This document shows positions 18,320-27,481 of a stretch of DNA of 32,000 nucleotides, in pieces. Numbering within the stretch: position 1 is the first letter of the stretch; each line of letters starts with the position of its first letter. Location of the stretch: assembly GCA_030614005.1 (NCBI GenBank), contig JAUWKS010000037.1, forward strand, positions 119-32,118. Reading direction: 5' to 3'. The DNA comes from Candidatus Heimdallarchaeota archaeon. Lineage in GTDB: Archaea; Asgardarchaeota; Heimdallarchaeia; JABLTI01. The position numbers and the translations under genes were made by a program. The notes below the pieces were generated by a model. The model ran no database searches. It saw only the letters and a list, made by a program, of their open reading frames with translations, and was not told the origin of the DNA.

Positions 18320-18880
18320 ATGACTATCTGGACTTTACGTGCGACCATAGGTCAAGAAAAAGCAATTGCCAAACATATCCACTCTAAAATAGTGAACAAT
18401 AAAATAGATGTTTGGTCTCTCCTAATACCTGAAGCTTTAAGAGGTTATATTTTCATTGAATCAGATTCTATTCAAAGTATTGATAGTGCTGTTCAAGGTA
18501 TCCCTCATGTAAGAAATAAGGTTGTTGGTGAAGTAGAAATAATTGAGCTGGAAAGTTTCTTAGTTCCCAAGCCAACAATTGAAGGACTTCATATTAACGA
18601 TCTCATTGAGATAATTAGTGGTCCATTCAAAGGTAGCCGTGCAAAGATAAACAGAATAGATGTAGGGCGAGAAGAAGTTACTGTTGAATTATTGGATTCG
18701 CAAATTCCGATTCCCATTAAATTACATTCTGATTTCTGCAAAGTAATTGAAAGTGCAGCTGGTGATGAAGCAGAAGAAGATCTTATGCCTGCTAAATCTG
18801 ATGATGATTCTGATAGGAAAGGTGATGGAAAGAAAGGTGAAAAGGACGACGATGTTTTCACTGAACTCTTTAAATCTTAG
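18320..18880 (+). CDS. spt5: Transcription elongation factor Spt5 (NusG) with an acidic C-terminal tail
   Basis: NGN domain (ATIGQEK, LRGYIFIE, GIPHVR) and KOW (DLIEIISGPFKGSRAKINRID..REEVTVEL), followed by about 42 extra residues. Confidence 0.95.
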   Translation: MTIWTLRATIGQEKAIAKHIHSKIVNNKIDVWSLLIPEALRGYIFIESDSIQSIDSAVQGIPHVRNKVVGEVEIIELESFLVPKPTIEGLHINDLIEIISGPFKGSRAKINRIDVGREEVTVELLDSQIPIPIKLHSDFCKVIESAAGDEAEEDLMPAKSDDDSDRKGDGKKGEKDDDVFTELFKS

Positions 18881-19086
18881 ATTGTTTTTCGTACATTCTC
18901 GGAAAATACTCTAATTTTTCCCTCTTTTTTATTACTTTAATTTCATCTAACTGACAAAGCTTTTTTATGTAACCAATATTTGAAAAAGTACTGTTAGAGA
19001 TATGTTTGTACGAGAACGAAAGTTCATAATTTCAAACTCACTAGCACAATATAGACAACAAGAAGAAGCGAAAGAGGCAAATACTA

Positions 19087-20898
19087 TTGTCAACCAAAAG
19101 AGTTGGAAAAATATTAAAGATTTCTGGACCTGTCATTGAAGCTGACGGCATGCTCGGTAGTTCTATGTATGAAGTCTGTAAAGTAGGTGAGGAAGGACTT
19201 ATTGGTGAAATTATCAAGATTAAAGGCGATGTCTGTACTATCCAAGTATATGAAGAAACTGATGGTATTCGCCCCAATGAAAAAGTCATTGGTACTGGTG
19301 CAGGTTTAAGTGCAGAATTGGCTCCTGGATTAATCGGTCAAATTTACGACGGTATTCAAAGACCCTTGCCATTAATTCTTGAAAAAACTCAAGATGATTT
19401 CATCAGAAGAGGAGTAATTGCAATTCCCTTAGAATATGACAAAAAATGGCCTTTTGTCCCAACCATTGAAAAAGGAGCAAAAGTCACCGCTGGTGATATC
19501 ATTGGTACCGTTCAAGAAGGACCAGTTGTAAATCACAAAGTTATGATTCCCCCAAAAGTAAGTGGTACAATTACCAGTATTGTTAAAGCAGATGATTATA
19601 CTGTTCTTGATCCTATAGTTACAGTGAAATCTAATGGCACTGAACTAGAAATCCCTATGCTCCAAAAATGGCCTGTAAGATTTGGTCGCCCAATTAAAGA
19701 GAGGCTAGAACCAACAATACCCCTTATTACTGGTCAAAGAGTTTTTGATACATTCTTTCCAATCGCTAAAGGCGGAACAAGTGCAATTCCAGGTGGTTTT
19801 GGAACTGGAAAAACAGTTTCTCAGCATCAATTAGCCAAGTGGTCTGACGCTGAAATTGTCGTTTACATTGGTTGTGGAGAACGCGGAAACGAAATGACAA
19901 ATGTGCTTGAGGACTTTCCGAAACTGATCGATCCAAATACAGGCGAACCTTTGATGAACAGAACTATTCTCATAGCCAATACAAGTAATATGCCTGTTGC
20001 TGCTCGAGAAGCAAGTGTGTATACTGGGATGACTCTTGCAGAATACTATCGTGATATGGGTTATAATGTTGCTTTAATGGCTGATAGCACTTCTCGATGG
20101 GCAGAAGCGATGAGAGAAATTTCCGGAAGACTGGAAGAAATGCCTGGTGAGGCTGGGTATCCTGCATATTTAGCAAGCAAAATTGCTCAGTTTTATGAAC
20201 GAGCTGGACGTGTAAGTACTTTATCAACTGCTGAACGACAAGGTTCAATTACAATTATTGGTGCAGTTAGTCCTCCTGGTGGAGACTTTTCCGAGCCTGT
20301 AACACAAAATACTCTAAGAATCACAAAGGTCTTTTGGGCTCTAAGTAAAGATTTAGCTGCAAGAAGACACTTTCCTGCAATCGATTACTTGAACTCATAT
20401 ACTCTGTATACAAATGAGCTTGCTCCCTGGTTTGCAGAGAATGTTAACCCTAGGTTCCAGGCTTATCGTTCTGAAGCTATGGTTCTCTTACAAAAGGACA
20501 AAGAATTAGAAGATATTGTGCAACTTGTAGGCCCTGAAGCTTTGCCTGAATCTGAGAAAATAATTCTTGAATCAGCACGAATGATAAAGGAAGACTTTCT
20601 CCAACAAAATGCTTTCAACGAAGTAGATAGTTTCTCTTCACTTGAAAAGCAATGGTTGATGTTGAAAATAATTATTGACTTTTATCATAAAATGGGTGAG
20701 CTGTACAACCTCGGTGTGAAGCTCCCTGAAATGATGAATTTGCCTATCATTGATAAGATTACTCGAATGAAGTATATCCCTAATGATAATGTGGGTAAAG
20801 AGCTTGGTGCAATTCTCGCAGAAATTGAAGCTCTACAAGTCGATGCAATTACAAATCGCATTGGTGGCAGAATGATGACTGATTTAACAGATAAATAG
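19087..20898 (+). CDS. atpA: A/V-type ATP synthase subunit A
   Basis: P-loop [61 protein letters not shown]. 603 aa, no intein. Confidence 0.97.
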   Translation: MSTKRVGKILKISGPVIEADGMLGSSMYEVCKVGEEGLIGEIIKIKGDVCTIQVYEETDGIRPNEKVIGTGAGLSAELAPGLIGQIYDGIQRPLPLILEKTQDDFIRRGVIAIPLEYDKKWPFVPTIEKGAKVTAGDIIGTVQEGPVVNHKVMIPPKVSGTITSIVKADDYTVLDPIVTVKSNGTELEIPMLQKWPVRFGRPIKERLEPTIPLITGQRVFDTFFPIAKGGTSAIPGGFGTGKTVSQHQLAKWSDAEIVVYIGCGERGNEMTNVLEDFPKLIDPNTGEPLMNRTILIANTSNMPVAAREASVYTGMTLAEYYRDMGYNVALMADSTSRWAEAMREISGRLEEMPGEAGYPAYLASKIAQFYERAGRVSTLSTAERQGSITIIGAVSPPGGDFSEPVTQNTLRITKVFWALSKDLAARRHFPAIDYLNSYTLYTNELAPWFAENVNPRFQAYRSEAMVLLQKDKELEDIVQLVGPEALPESEKIILESARMIKEDFLQQNAFNEVDSFSSLEKQWLMLKIIIDFYHKMGELYNLGVKLPEMMNLPIIDKITRMKYIPNDNVGKELGAILAEIEALQVDAITNRIGGRMMTDLTDK

Positions 20899-20906
20899 TG
20901 GAGCGA

Positions 20907-22370
20907 ATGAAAATGACTGAAACACCAAAAATTAATCCAGAAACACTTGCAAAGAGAATATTTAAAACTGCTATAGAAGTTACCGGTCCCTTGTTATTTG
21001 TGGACTTGAAAGGTAAAGCAGGAGTATCCTATGGTGAAATTGCTAAAATAAAGCTTCCAGATGGAGAAATACGCTCTGGTCAAATTCTTGAAGTATCAAG
21101 AGATATTGCTGTTGTGCAACTTTTCGAAGGCACTTCTGGAATGGATGTCGAAAAAACAACCATACAATTTCTTGGAGAAACAATGAAACTCCCTGTATCT
21201 AGTGATCTTCTTGGTAGAATTTTCGATGGAAGAGGCGAACCCCTTGATAAACAACCTCCAATTGTTGCTGTAGATGAGTGGCCTATTAACGGTTCCCCAA
21301 TTAACCCATATGCAAGACAATATCCTCGAGAGTTTATACAAACAGGTATTTCATCTATAGATGGTTTGTTTACACTTATTCGAGGACAAAAATTACCCAT
21401 CTTCTCTGCAAATGGTTTACCACATAATGAAGTTGCAGCACAAATTGCTAGACAAGCTGCAGTATTAGGTGCTCAAGCTGAATTCGCTGTAGTCTTTGCT
21501 GCTATGGGAATTACTGCAGAAGAAGCACAATACTTTAGAAAAGAATTCGAAAAAAGCGGCGCTCTCGATAGAGTTGTTCTTTTCTTGAATTTAGCAGATG
21601 ACCCTGCTATTGAAAGAATTCTTACTCCAAGATTAGCTCTCACTGCTGCAGAATATCTCGCATACGAATGTGATATGCACTTATTAGTTATCCTTACAGA
21701 TATGACAAACTATGCAGAAAGTTTGCGTGAAATTGGTGCAGCAAGAGAAGAAGTTCCTGGTAGACGAGGTTTCCCCGGCTATCTCTATTCTGACTTAGCA
21801 TCTATCTATGAACGTGCAGGAAGAATTAAAGGACGCAAAGGAACAATTACCCAGATGCCCATTCTTTCTATGCCGAATGATGACATAACGCACCCAGTAC
21901 CTGATTTATCTGGATATATCACAGAAGGCCAAATTATTTTGGATCGAGGGTTACACAGAAGAGGCATCTATCCTCCAATAAATGTAGGACCTTCTCTAAG
22001 CAGGTTACAAAAAGAAGGTATTGGCAAAGGTCTAACGCGTAGAGATCATAAAGAATTAGCTGATCAATTATATTATGCGAATGCCCGCGGTAACGATTTA
22101 CGTAATCTCGTTGCTGTAGTTGGAGAAGAATCTCTTACAGAAGAGGATCATCGTTTCTTGAAATTTGCTGATGATTTTGAACAAAAATTCCTAAAACAAG
22201 GGCGAGATGAAAATAGAAACATCTTTGAATCTCTGGATATTGGTTGGGAATTACTTAAAATCTTCCCCAATCCAAAAAGAGAGCTAAAGCGCATTTCAGA
22301 AGAAACAATTAATTTCTTCCATTTGGAAAGACGTGATCCAAAAATAAATTATAATTCAAGAGACGTCTAA
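20907..22370 (+). CDS. atpB: A/V-type ATP synthase subunit B
   Basis: [80 protein letters not shown]. Start ATG 20907 or 20913. Confidence 0.97.
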   Translation: MKMTETPKINPETLAKRIFKTAIEVTGPLLFVDLKGKAGVSYGEIAKIKLPDGEIRSGQILEVSRDIAVVQLFEGTSGMDVEKTTIQFLGETMKLPVSSDLLGRIFDGRGEPLDKQPPIVAVDEWPINGSPINPYARQYPREFIQTGISSIDGLFTLIRGQKLPIFSANGLPHNEVAAQIARQAAVLGAQAEFAVVFAAMGITAEEAQYFRKEFEKSGALDRVVLFLNLADDPAIERILTPRLALTAAEYLAYECDMHLLVILTDMTNYAESLREIGAAREEVPGRRGFPGYLYSDLASIYERAGRIKGRKGTITQMPILSMPNDDITHPVPDLSGYITEGQIILDRGLHRRGIYPPINVGPSLSRLQKEGIGKGLTRRDHKELADQLYYANARGNDLRNLVAVVGEESLTEEDHRFLKFADDFEQKFLKQGRDENRNIFESLDIGWELLKIFPNPKRELKRISEETINFFHLERRDPKINYNSRDV

Positions 22371-22482
22371 TTTTTTAGTACTCTCTTGTTCCTCCTTTCT
22401 TTTCTATTTTTTAGCTCTTTATAAGTTATTTTTGTCAGTAGTATATTGATACTATTTCCAATTTGGAAAATATCTCCGCCAA

Positions 22483-22499
22483 AAAGAAACGTATATAAG
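22483..22499 (+). promoter_or_regulatory. Putative archaeal BRE/TATA promoter of galU
   Basis: Purine-rich AAAGAAAC followed by TATATAAG (22492-22499), 36 nt before the TTG start. Confidence 0.45.
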
Positions 22500-22535
22500 A
22501 GCATTTGGAATTAAATTAATTGGAGAATAGGTAAT

Positions 22536-23432
22536 TTGAAAGGTGTAATACCAGCAGCTGGTTTAGGAACCAGAATGTTACCAGCAACAAAATCTCAACC
22601 AAAGGAGATGTTACCTGTTGCTAGAAAACCTGTTATTCAATATATTGTTGAAGAACTTGAAAAAGCAGGCATTCGTGAAATTCTGATTGTAACTGGCAAA
22701 AATAAACGAGCAATTGACGAACATTTTGATCGAGATCCCATATTACTTGAGGATTTAAGACGAAGAAACAAGTATCATCAAATACAATTTCTTGAGGAAT
22801 TGGAGAATTTAAATATCGAAATATACTATACTCGACAAACCATTCCAACAGGTTTAGCTGATGCTGTCTATAAAGCAAAGAATTTTGTTGGAGATGAAGA
22901 GTTTGTAGTCGCTCTAGGAGATACAATTATTGATTCTGCTAACAATCCAAATCATTTGCAACGATTGATTGATTTCCACAAAAATTCTGGCGCATTGTGC
23001 ACGGTATCAACAGAAGAGATCCCAAGAGAACACTGCAATCGGTATGGTATACTAGATGTTCAACCTTTTACTAGTTCTACACAAAGTAAACCTGAAAACA
23101 GTTTTGTAGTTAAGGATTTAGTTGAGAAACCTTCCATTAAGGAAGCACCAAGCAATTTGGCAATTTGTGGACGATATATCTTCAAACCAACTATTTTTGA
23201 TTACATTGATAAAACAACTGTTGGAGTTGGCGGAGAAAAACAACTTACAGATGCCATGAAAGGAATGCTTGAAGCAGGACCAATGACTGCTTTACAATTA
23301 GGACCAAATGAAATTAGATATGATACAGGCACTTTTCCGTTATACGCTAAAGCATTTATTGCCATGTGCTTACAAGATGAAGAAATTGGCCCAGAAATAA
23401 AAGAATATCTCACTAAATTGAATTTAAGTTAA
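22536..23432 (+). CDS. galU: UTP--glucose-1-phosphate uridylyltransferase
   Basis: VIPAAGLGTRMLPATKSQPKEMLPV, IVTGKNKRAIDEHFD, GLADAVYKA, LVEKP, SNLAICGRYIF, EKQLTDAM. The exact sugar substrate is inferred. Confidence 0.85.
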   Translation: MKGVIPAAGLGTRMLPATKSQPKEMLPVARKPVIQYIVEELEKAGIREILIVTGKNKRAIDEHFDRDPILLEDLRRRNKYHQIQFLEELENLNIEIYYTRQTIPTGLADAVYKAKNFVGDEEFVVALGDTIIDSANNPNHLQRLIDFHKNSGALCTVSTEEIPREHCNRYGILDVQPFTSSTQSKPENSFVVKDLVEKPSIKEAPSNLAICGRYIFKPTIFDYIDKTTVGVGGEKQLTDAMKGMLEAGPMTALQLGPNEIRYDTGTFPLYAKAFIAMCLQDEEIGPEIKEYLTKLNLS

Positions 23433-23453
23433 GGTTAGATTATTCTTTTCTTT

Positions 23454-24233
23454 TTACTTTTTTTCCTTTGATTCTGAAAGTTTTGCGGCATTACTTTTTC
23501 TTAGGTTATTAAGTGAATCGTCAACCAAATAGAAGTTGCTATCAACATTTATAATATAAACCATTTCACCAGGTAAGAACTCTTGTTGTTTGTGTACAGC
23601 TTTGGCTGGAACTTTCAGTGGCTCAATTTGACCGGGAATTTCTACTCTTATTAACCCGCCTTCAGAGTTGACTTTTATTGAAACAATTGCTTCGCGTCCT
23701 ATGAAATCTCGGTTGGAAGGTAACCGATATGTTACTGTTTTTGAAATCTTCTTCCAAATAACGTTAACAATTATTGAGAGAATAATTGGTGAAAGTATGG
23801 TTAAAACTAATCTTAGATATGAATTCATACTTGGTTCTTGCCAAAAGAGTAACAACCCTAACCCACCAAATGAAATTGAGAAAACTGCAAGTGAAAGCAT
23901 TAATGGAGTTGCGCCTCCTTTTTCTATTTGGAACGGACCCACATCATCCAATGCATCTAAACCGACTTCAAAATCTACATCAATATCTTTGTCGACACTT
24001 ACATCTTTGTCTACTGAAAAATCTTTGTCAATAGTTAGATCTTTATCAATCGAAATGTCTGCATCATGATCGATATCATGGCTAAGGCTCTGACCTGTGC
24101 TAATTCCAAAAGTGACTAACACAAGAATAATAACAATTGAACCGAAAATTAAAAATCCTATACAAAACCCTCGAAACCATTCTTCCCAAAGAAGCAAATC
24201 TGCTGCAATATTTAAATGAAGTAATCGTGCCAT
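23454..24233 (-). CDS. NfeD-like (YuaF/YqiJ-type) membrane protein with C-terminal OB fold
   Basis: N-terminal TM helix, Asp-rich loop, two further TM helices (PLMLSLAVFSISFGGLGL), then FIGREAIVSIKV...GLIRVEIPGQIEPLKVPA...PGEMVYII. Downstream of a flotillin gene. Confidence 0.75.
   Translation of the reverse strand: MARLLHLNIAADLLLWEEWFRGFCIGFLIFGSIVIILVLVTFGISTGQSLSHDIDHDADISIDKDLTIDKDFSVDKDVSVDKDIDVDFEVGLDALDDVGPFQIEKGGATPLMLSLAVFSISFGGLGLLLFWQEPSMNSYLRLVLTILSPIILSIIVNVIWKKISKTVTYRLPSNRDFIGREAIVSIKVNSEGGLIRVEIPGQIEPLKVPAKAVHKQQEFLPGEMVYIINVDSNFYLVDDSLNNLRKSNAAKLSESKEKK
23975..24080 (-). repeat. 18-nt / 6-aa coding tandem repeat (D-x-[ST]-[IV]-D-K)
   Basis: ATCTTTGTC recurs at 23985, 24003 and 24021, with ATCTTTATC at 24039. 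Protein reads DISIDK DLTIDK DFSVDK DVSVDK DIDVDF. Confidence 0.85.
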
Positions 24234-24358
24234 AAAGTTTAGCATTTTTTTTAACCCTGCTTATATTTTTTCCTTTTGTTTGATTCATATTTTACTATCT
24301 ATAAAGAAGATCCTGGGAGAACCATTCTCCCGTAACCATTCACTTAGGGAATACCTAA

Positions 24359-25594
24359 CTACTTGGTAGTGGTCGTTCTCCTACCTTTTGGTAATTCTTT
24401 CTTTATAGATTTCTTTGGTATTATTTTCACATCTTCAGTGATATTCGCAGACATGATTTTAGAAAAGTCAAGACTTCTGCCAGTGATTTCTGGTAACACC
24501 GTTAGAAATGGTATTATGGATTCAGCAATACTTGAGAATGCCTGTTGTCCATCACCCATAACAAACATTTTATCGACATTCAGGTGTGAATAAATCTCTG
24601 GGAGCATTTCAACAATTTTTAGCTGGAAAAACTTAGGATCAGCTTGGGCCAAAGCTTTGACCTGCTCAAGAATACCATCAGCTTCAGCGATGAGCTTCTC
24701 CTTTACAGCTGCAGCTTCACCTTGAGCTTTAGCAATAAGCTGAGCTTTTTGTCCATCAGCTATTCTGATCATTTTTTCGTATTCAGCATCAGCTTCGATG
24801 GTTACTTTCCTTCTAAGAGTATCAGCTGCGATTTCTGTTCTTTTCAATTCAAGCTTTTGAATTTCAATTTCTCTATTCTTACTTACAGATTGAATTTCCA
24901 ATTGAACATTTTGTTCTTGCTTGCCTGTCTTTCTTGAAACCTCAAGGTCTCTTAATTGAGTAACCTCTTCCATTGCTGCTCGGCGTAACCGTGCTATTTC
25001 TTCTTCATTTATTTGTTTTGATGCTTCCAAGTTTGTTTTCAGAACTCTATTCAATACTTCAACATCTCTAATTTCAACTGAAATGACTACTATACCCATA
25101 TCAGCTAATAAATCATGTAGCTCTTTAGATACAGCTGAAATAATCTCACCGCGTTCTCTGATGATAGCTTCTAAATGCATATTCGCACAAGTGGTACGAA
25201 TGATGCTTTCTGCGGCATTTTTTATTATTGTCTCTATGTAATCCGCATCTCTTTCATTCCAAGATACAGCAGTAAAGGCTATTTCTGGTTTAATAACTTT
25301 CCAAAAAACGAAAGCGTTTACAGATACATCTTGAAACTCCCTTGATAACACTTTTTCTTTTGCTTCTAGAAATGTTTGTTGAGTGGTCGTAGGTATGACA
25401 ATAATTTCATCAATTATTGGCATTAGAAGACATTTTCCACCTTTCCCTGCAGATTTAACTTTACCATTTCTGAATCTAATTACATATTCATTTGTTTTGA
25501 ACTTTCGATATCTGCTGATGAAAAAAATAACGACCAATAACCCTAATACACATATTCCAGCAACAATTAATCCAATTGTAGTTCCGATTGCCAT
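24359..25594 (-). CDS. SPFH/flotillin-like protein
   Basis: N-terminal TM helix, SPFH domain (VLSREFQDVSVNAFVFWKV, IIKNAAESIIR, LADMGIVVISVEIRDV), Ala/Glu-rich coiled region (EADAEYEK, AQGEAAA, AEADG). Confidence 0.88.
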   Translation of the reverse strand: MAIGTTIGLIVAGICVLGLLVVIFFISRYRKFKTNEYVIRFRNGKVKSAGKGGKCLLMPIIDEIIVIPTTTQQTFLEAKEKVLSREFQDVSVNAFVFWKVIKPEIAFTAVSWNERDADYIETIIKNAAESIIRTTCANMHLEAIIRERGEIISAVSKELHDLLADMGIVVISVEIRDVEVLNRVLKTNLEASKQINEEEIARLRRAAMEEVTQLRDLEVSRKTGKQEQNVQLEIQSVSKNREIEIQKLELKRTEIAADTLRRKVTIEADAEYEKMIRIADGQKAQLIAKAQGEAAAVKEKLIAEADGILEQVKALAQADPKFFQLKIVEMLPEIYSHLNVDKMFVMGDGQQAFSSIAESIIPFLTVLPEITGRSLDFSKIMSANITEDVKIIPKKSIKKELPKGRRTTTTK

Positions 25595-25879
25595 CTTATT
25601 TCAAATATTCCTTCAAAATTTATTTAACATAATTTAATAATGTAAAAGTCTTTGTTTTTCAAATCTTTTGTTGCCTGGAAAAGACGAATCTTCATTTAGA
25701 CCTTTTACTTGAGTAAATTATCTGGGTACAAGTATATAAACATTAACAATTCAATCACTAATTTGTAAAAATATTTTTTAAATTAAATAACTTATCTTTT
25801 AATAAAATGCTTTCTTTAATGATACAAAAGAAGAAAAAATAAAGAAAAAAGAGAGATGAATATGTTTCGATCTCTGCTC

Positions 25880-26332
25880 TTAAAATGCTGGGGAAGTAAT
25901 AGTTCCATCGGCAGCAGTAATAGTAATTTCGTAATTAGATGTTGCTGTAAGAATTCCTGATAATTGAATACTGAATTTTACTGTTGAACCTTGAGCTAAT
26001 TCATAAGGGGTAGTAAAATCAATTTCAGTTGTGCCTACAAAAACATGAGTTGCAATATAGGTGTCGGTTGCGTTGGTTACTGTAAAAGCATCCAAACTAG
26101 TGAAGGTAGCGGGGGCACCACCGATGTTTTTTATTTCAAAATAAACACGATCTGAATACCCTGCTTCCTTTCCATATGATAATGGAGTAAGCTCTGATTT
26201 TTGTGCAAATAGTGGCACAACAACGAAATAAACTATTGCAGCTGCGGTTACGGTTAAAGCAATTAATAGAATAGTTGCAATAACTGGGGATACTGCTTTC
26301 TTTTTCTTTAGAATCATTTTTCCTAGTGACAT
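25880..26332 (-). CDS. Archaeal type IV pilin / archaellin-like protein (class III signal peptide)
   Basis: KKKKA|VSPVIATILLIALTVTAAAIVY is a PibD-type cleavage site plus hydrophobic helix, followed by a Thr-rich beta domain. Confidence 0.88.
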   Translation of the reverse strand: MSLGKMILKKKKAVSPVIATILLIALTVTAAAIVYFVVVPLFAQKSELTPLSYGKEAGYSDRVYFEIKNIGGAPATFTSLDAFTVTNATDTYIATHVFVGTTEIDFTTPYELAQGSTVKFSIQLSGILTATSNYEITITAADGTITSPAF

Positions 26333-26628
26333 ACTTAATCAACCATCCGTTTGATTTCAGCTTTATTATAATTTCTCTTTGTGCAAAAGAACTGAAATTT
26401 ATTACTGAATATCAGTCAATTTTTGCGCGTTATCTACTAATTGTTCTACTAATTAAAGAATTTTTGTAGTGGCAAATCGAAAAACAGCCGTTATTTTTGC
26501 CTAGTAAAAAGATAACTTTTTTTATGGCACATTAAAAAGTAATATAAACTATATCCTCAAATTATGAGTAGGTATATTGTACCGACTTTAAAAATAAATT
26601 AGATCTGATTTATTCGGAGTAAAATACA

Positions 26629-27429
26629 ATGGACATAAATGACCCTTACTCTCCAAAACTTGCTGGAATAATTGTTTCATCTTTTGCAGATAGAGGCCCC
26701 GATATCGTTTTTAATAATACTGAATTAGCTGAAGACGAAGCAATGATATTAGCTATAAAAGGTATGACAGTTATTGGTCTTGATAGTCCATTAGATGTTA
26801 TTGAAGATATAAATGATGATGAAGAGCGCAGGGCTACTATCCAACAATTTGGTCCATTTCCAATCAAAGGTCGAGATAACTTAAAAGCGTTAGCAATTTC
26901 ATTTGTTGTGAAAGCTGAGGAATCAGCTGATCATAGAATTATGACCTTTGGTCGTTTTTGTGTAATCTTTTTGGTTTATCATCAAGAGCATACAAGATTG
27001 ATGTTAGATTCATATGGTTTAATTGAACCTTATTTTACCATTATATCTCGAGATCTCGTTATGGATAGCGATTTAAACCCCACAAATCTCAGTAGCGTTT
27101 ACCGTAGAATGAATATGCTTTTTCAAGGTGTTTTGCCTCGAGTATTTACAGTAACAGACAAAGGTGTAATCAAAGAATTAATTGGCAAGGAAATTAGCCA
27201 TAGAGATGTTTTTCTGATTGCTGATAAAAAGAAGAATTCCCTATATACAATGCTTGTTGATCCTGAAATGAATGTTTGGAGGAAACGGAAAATCTATCAA
27301 ACAGCATCAAACCTCAACTCTCATCTGTACCGTCAAAAATTAACCATTAACACCGTAACAGAGCTTGAAGAAATTTCAATCTTACTAAAACGTTACAATC
27401 TCTCTGTTGAAGGCATTTCTCAAGGATAA
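26629..27429 (+). CDS. Hypothetical protein, candidate longin/uDENN-like plus gelsolin-like fusion
   Basis: Residues ~10-165: IIVSSFADRGP...QFGPFP...LAISF...DHRI..GRFCVIFLVY, as recalled for Asgard longin/DENN-like domains. Residues ~170-266: DVFLIAD...LY...RKRKIYQTASNL, a gelsolin-like strand-strand-helix pattern. The CDS is solid; the folds are inferred. Confidence 0.55.
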   Translation: MDINDPYSPKLAGIIVSSFADRGPDIVFNNTELAEDEAMILAIKGMTVIGLDSPLDVIEDINDDEERRATIQQFGPFPIKGRDNLKALAISFVVKAEESADHRIMTFGRFCVIFLVYHQEHTRLMLDSYGLIEPYFTIISRDLVMDSDLNPTNLSSVYRRMNMLFQGVLPRVFTVTDKGVIKELIGKEISHRDVFLIADKKKNSLYTMLVDPEMNVWRKRKIYQTASNLNSHLYRQKLTINTVTELEEISILLKRYNLSVEGISQG

Positions 27430-27481
27430 TCCATCTATCTAAAGAGATGCCTAAGTTTTAGGTATTTTATTTATTATCCAC

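Noticed and set aside
19002-19139. 45-aa upstream ORF overlapping the atpA start
   Set aside because: No similarity to ATPase subunit F or any family I recognise; likely chance.
20850-20920. atpA tail [11 protein letters not shown] resembling a duplicated atpB start (MKMTET)
   Set aside because: The similarity is only a few bases; insufficient evidence.
26433-26454. Direct repeat TCTACTAATT x2 in the pilin promoter region
   Set aside because: Only two AT-rich 10-mers; plausible by chance.
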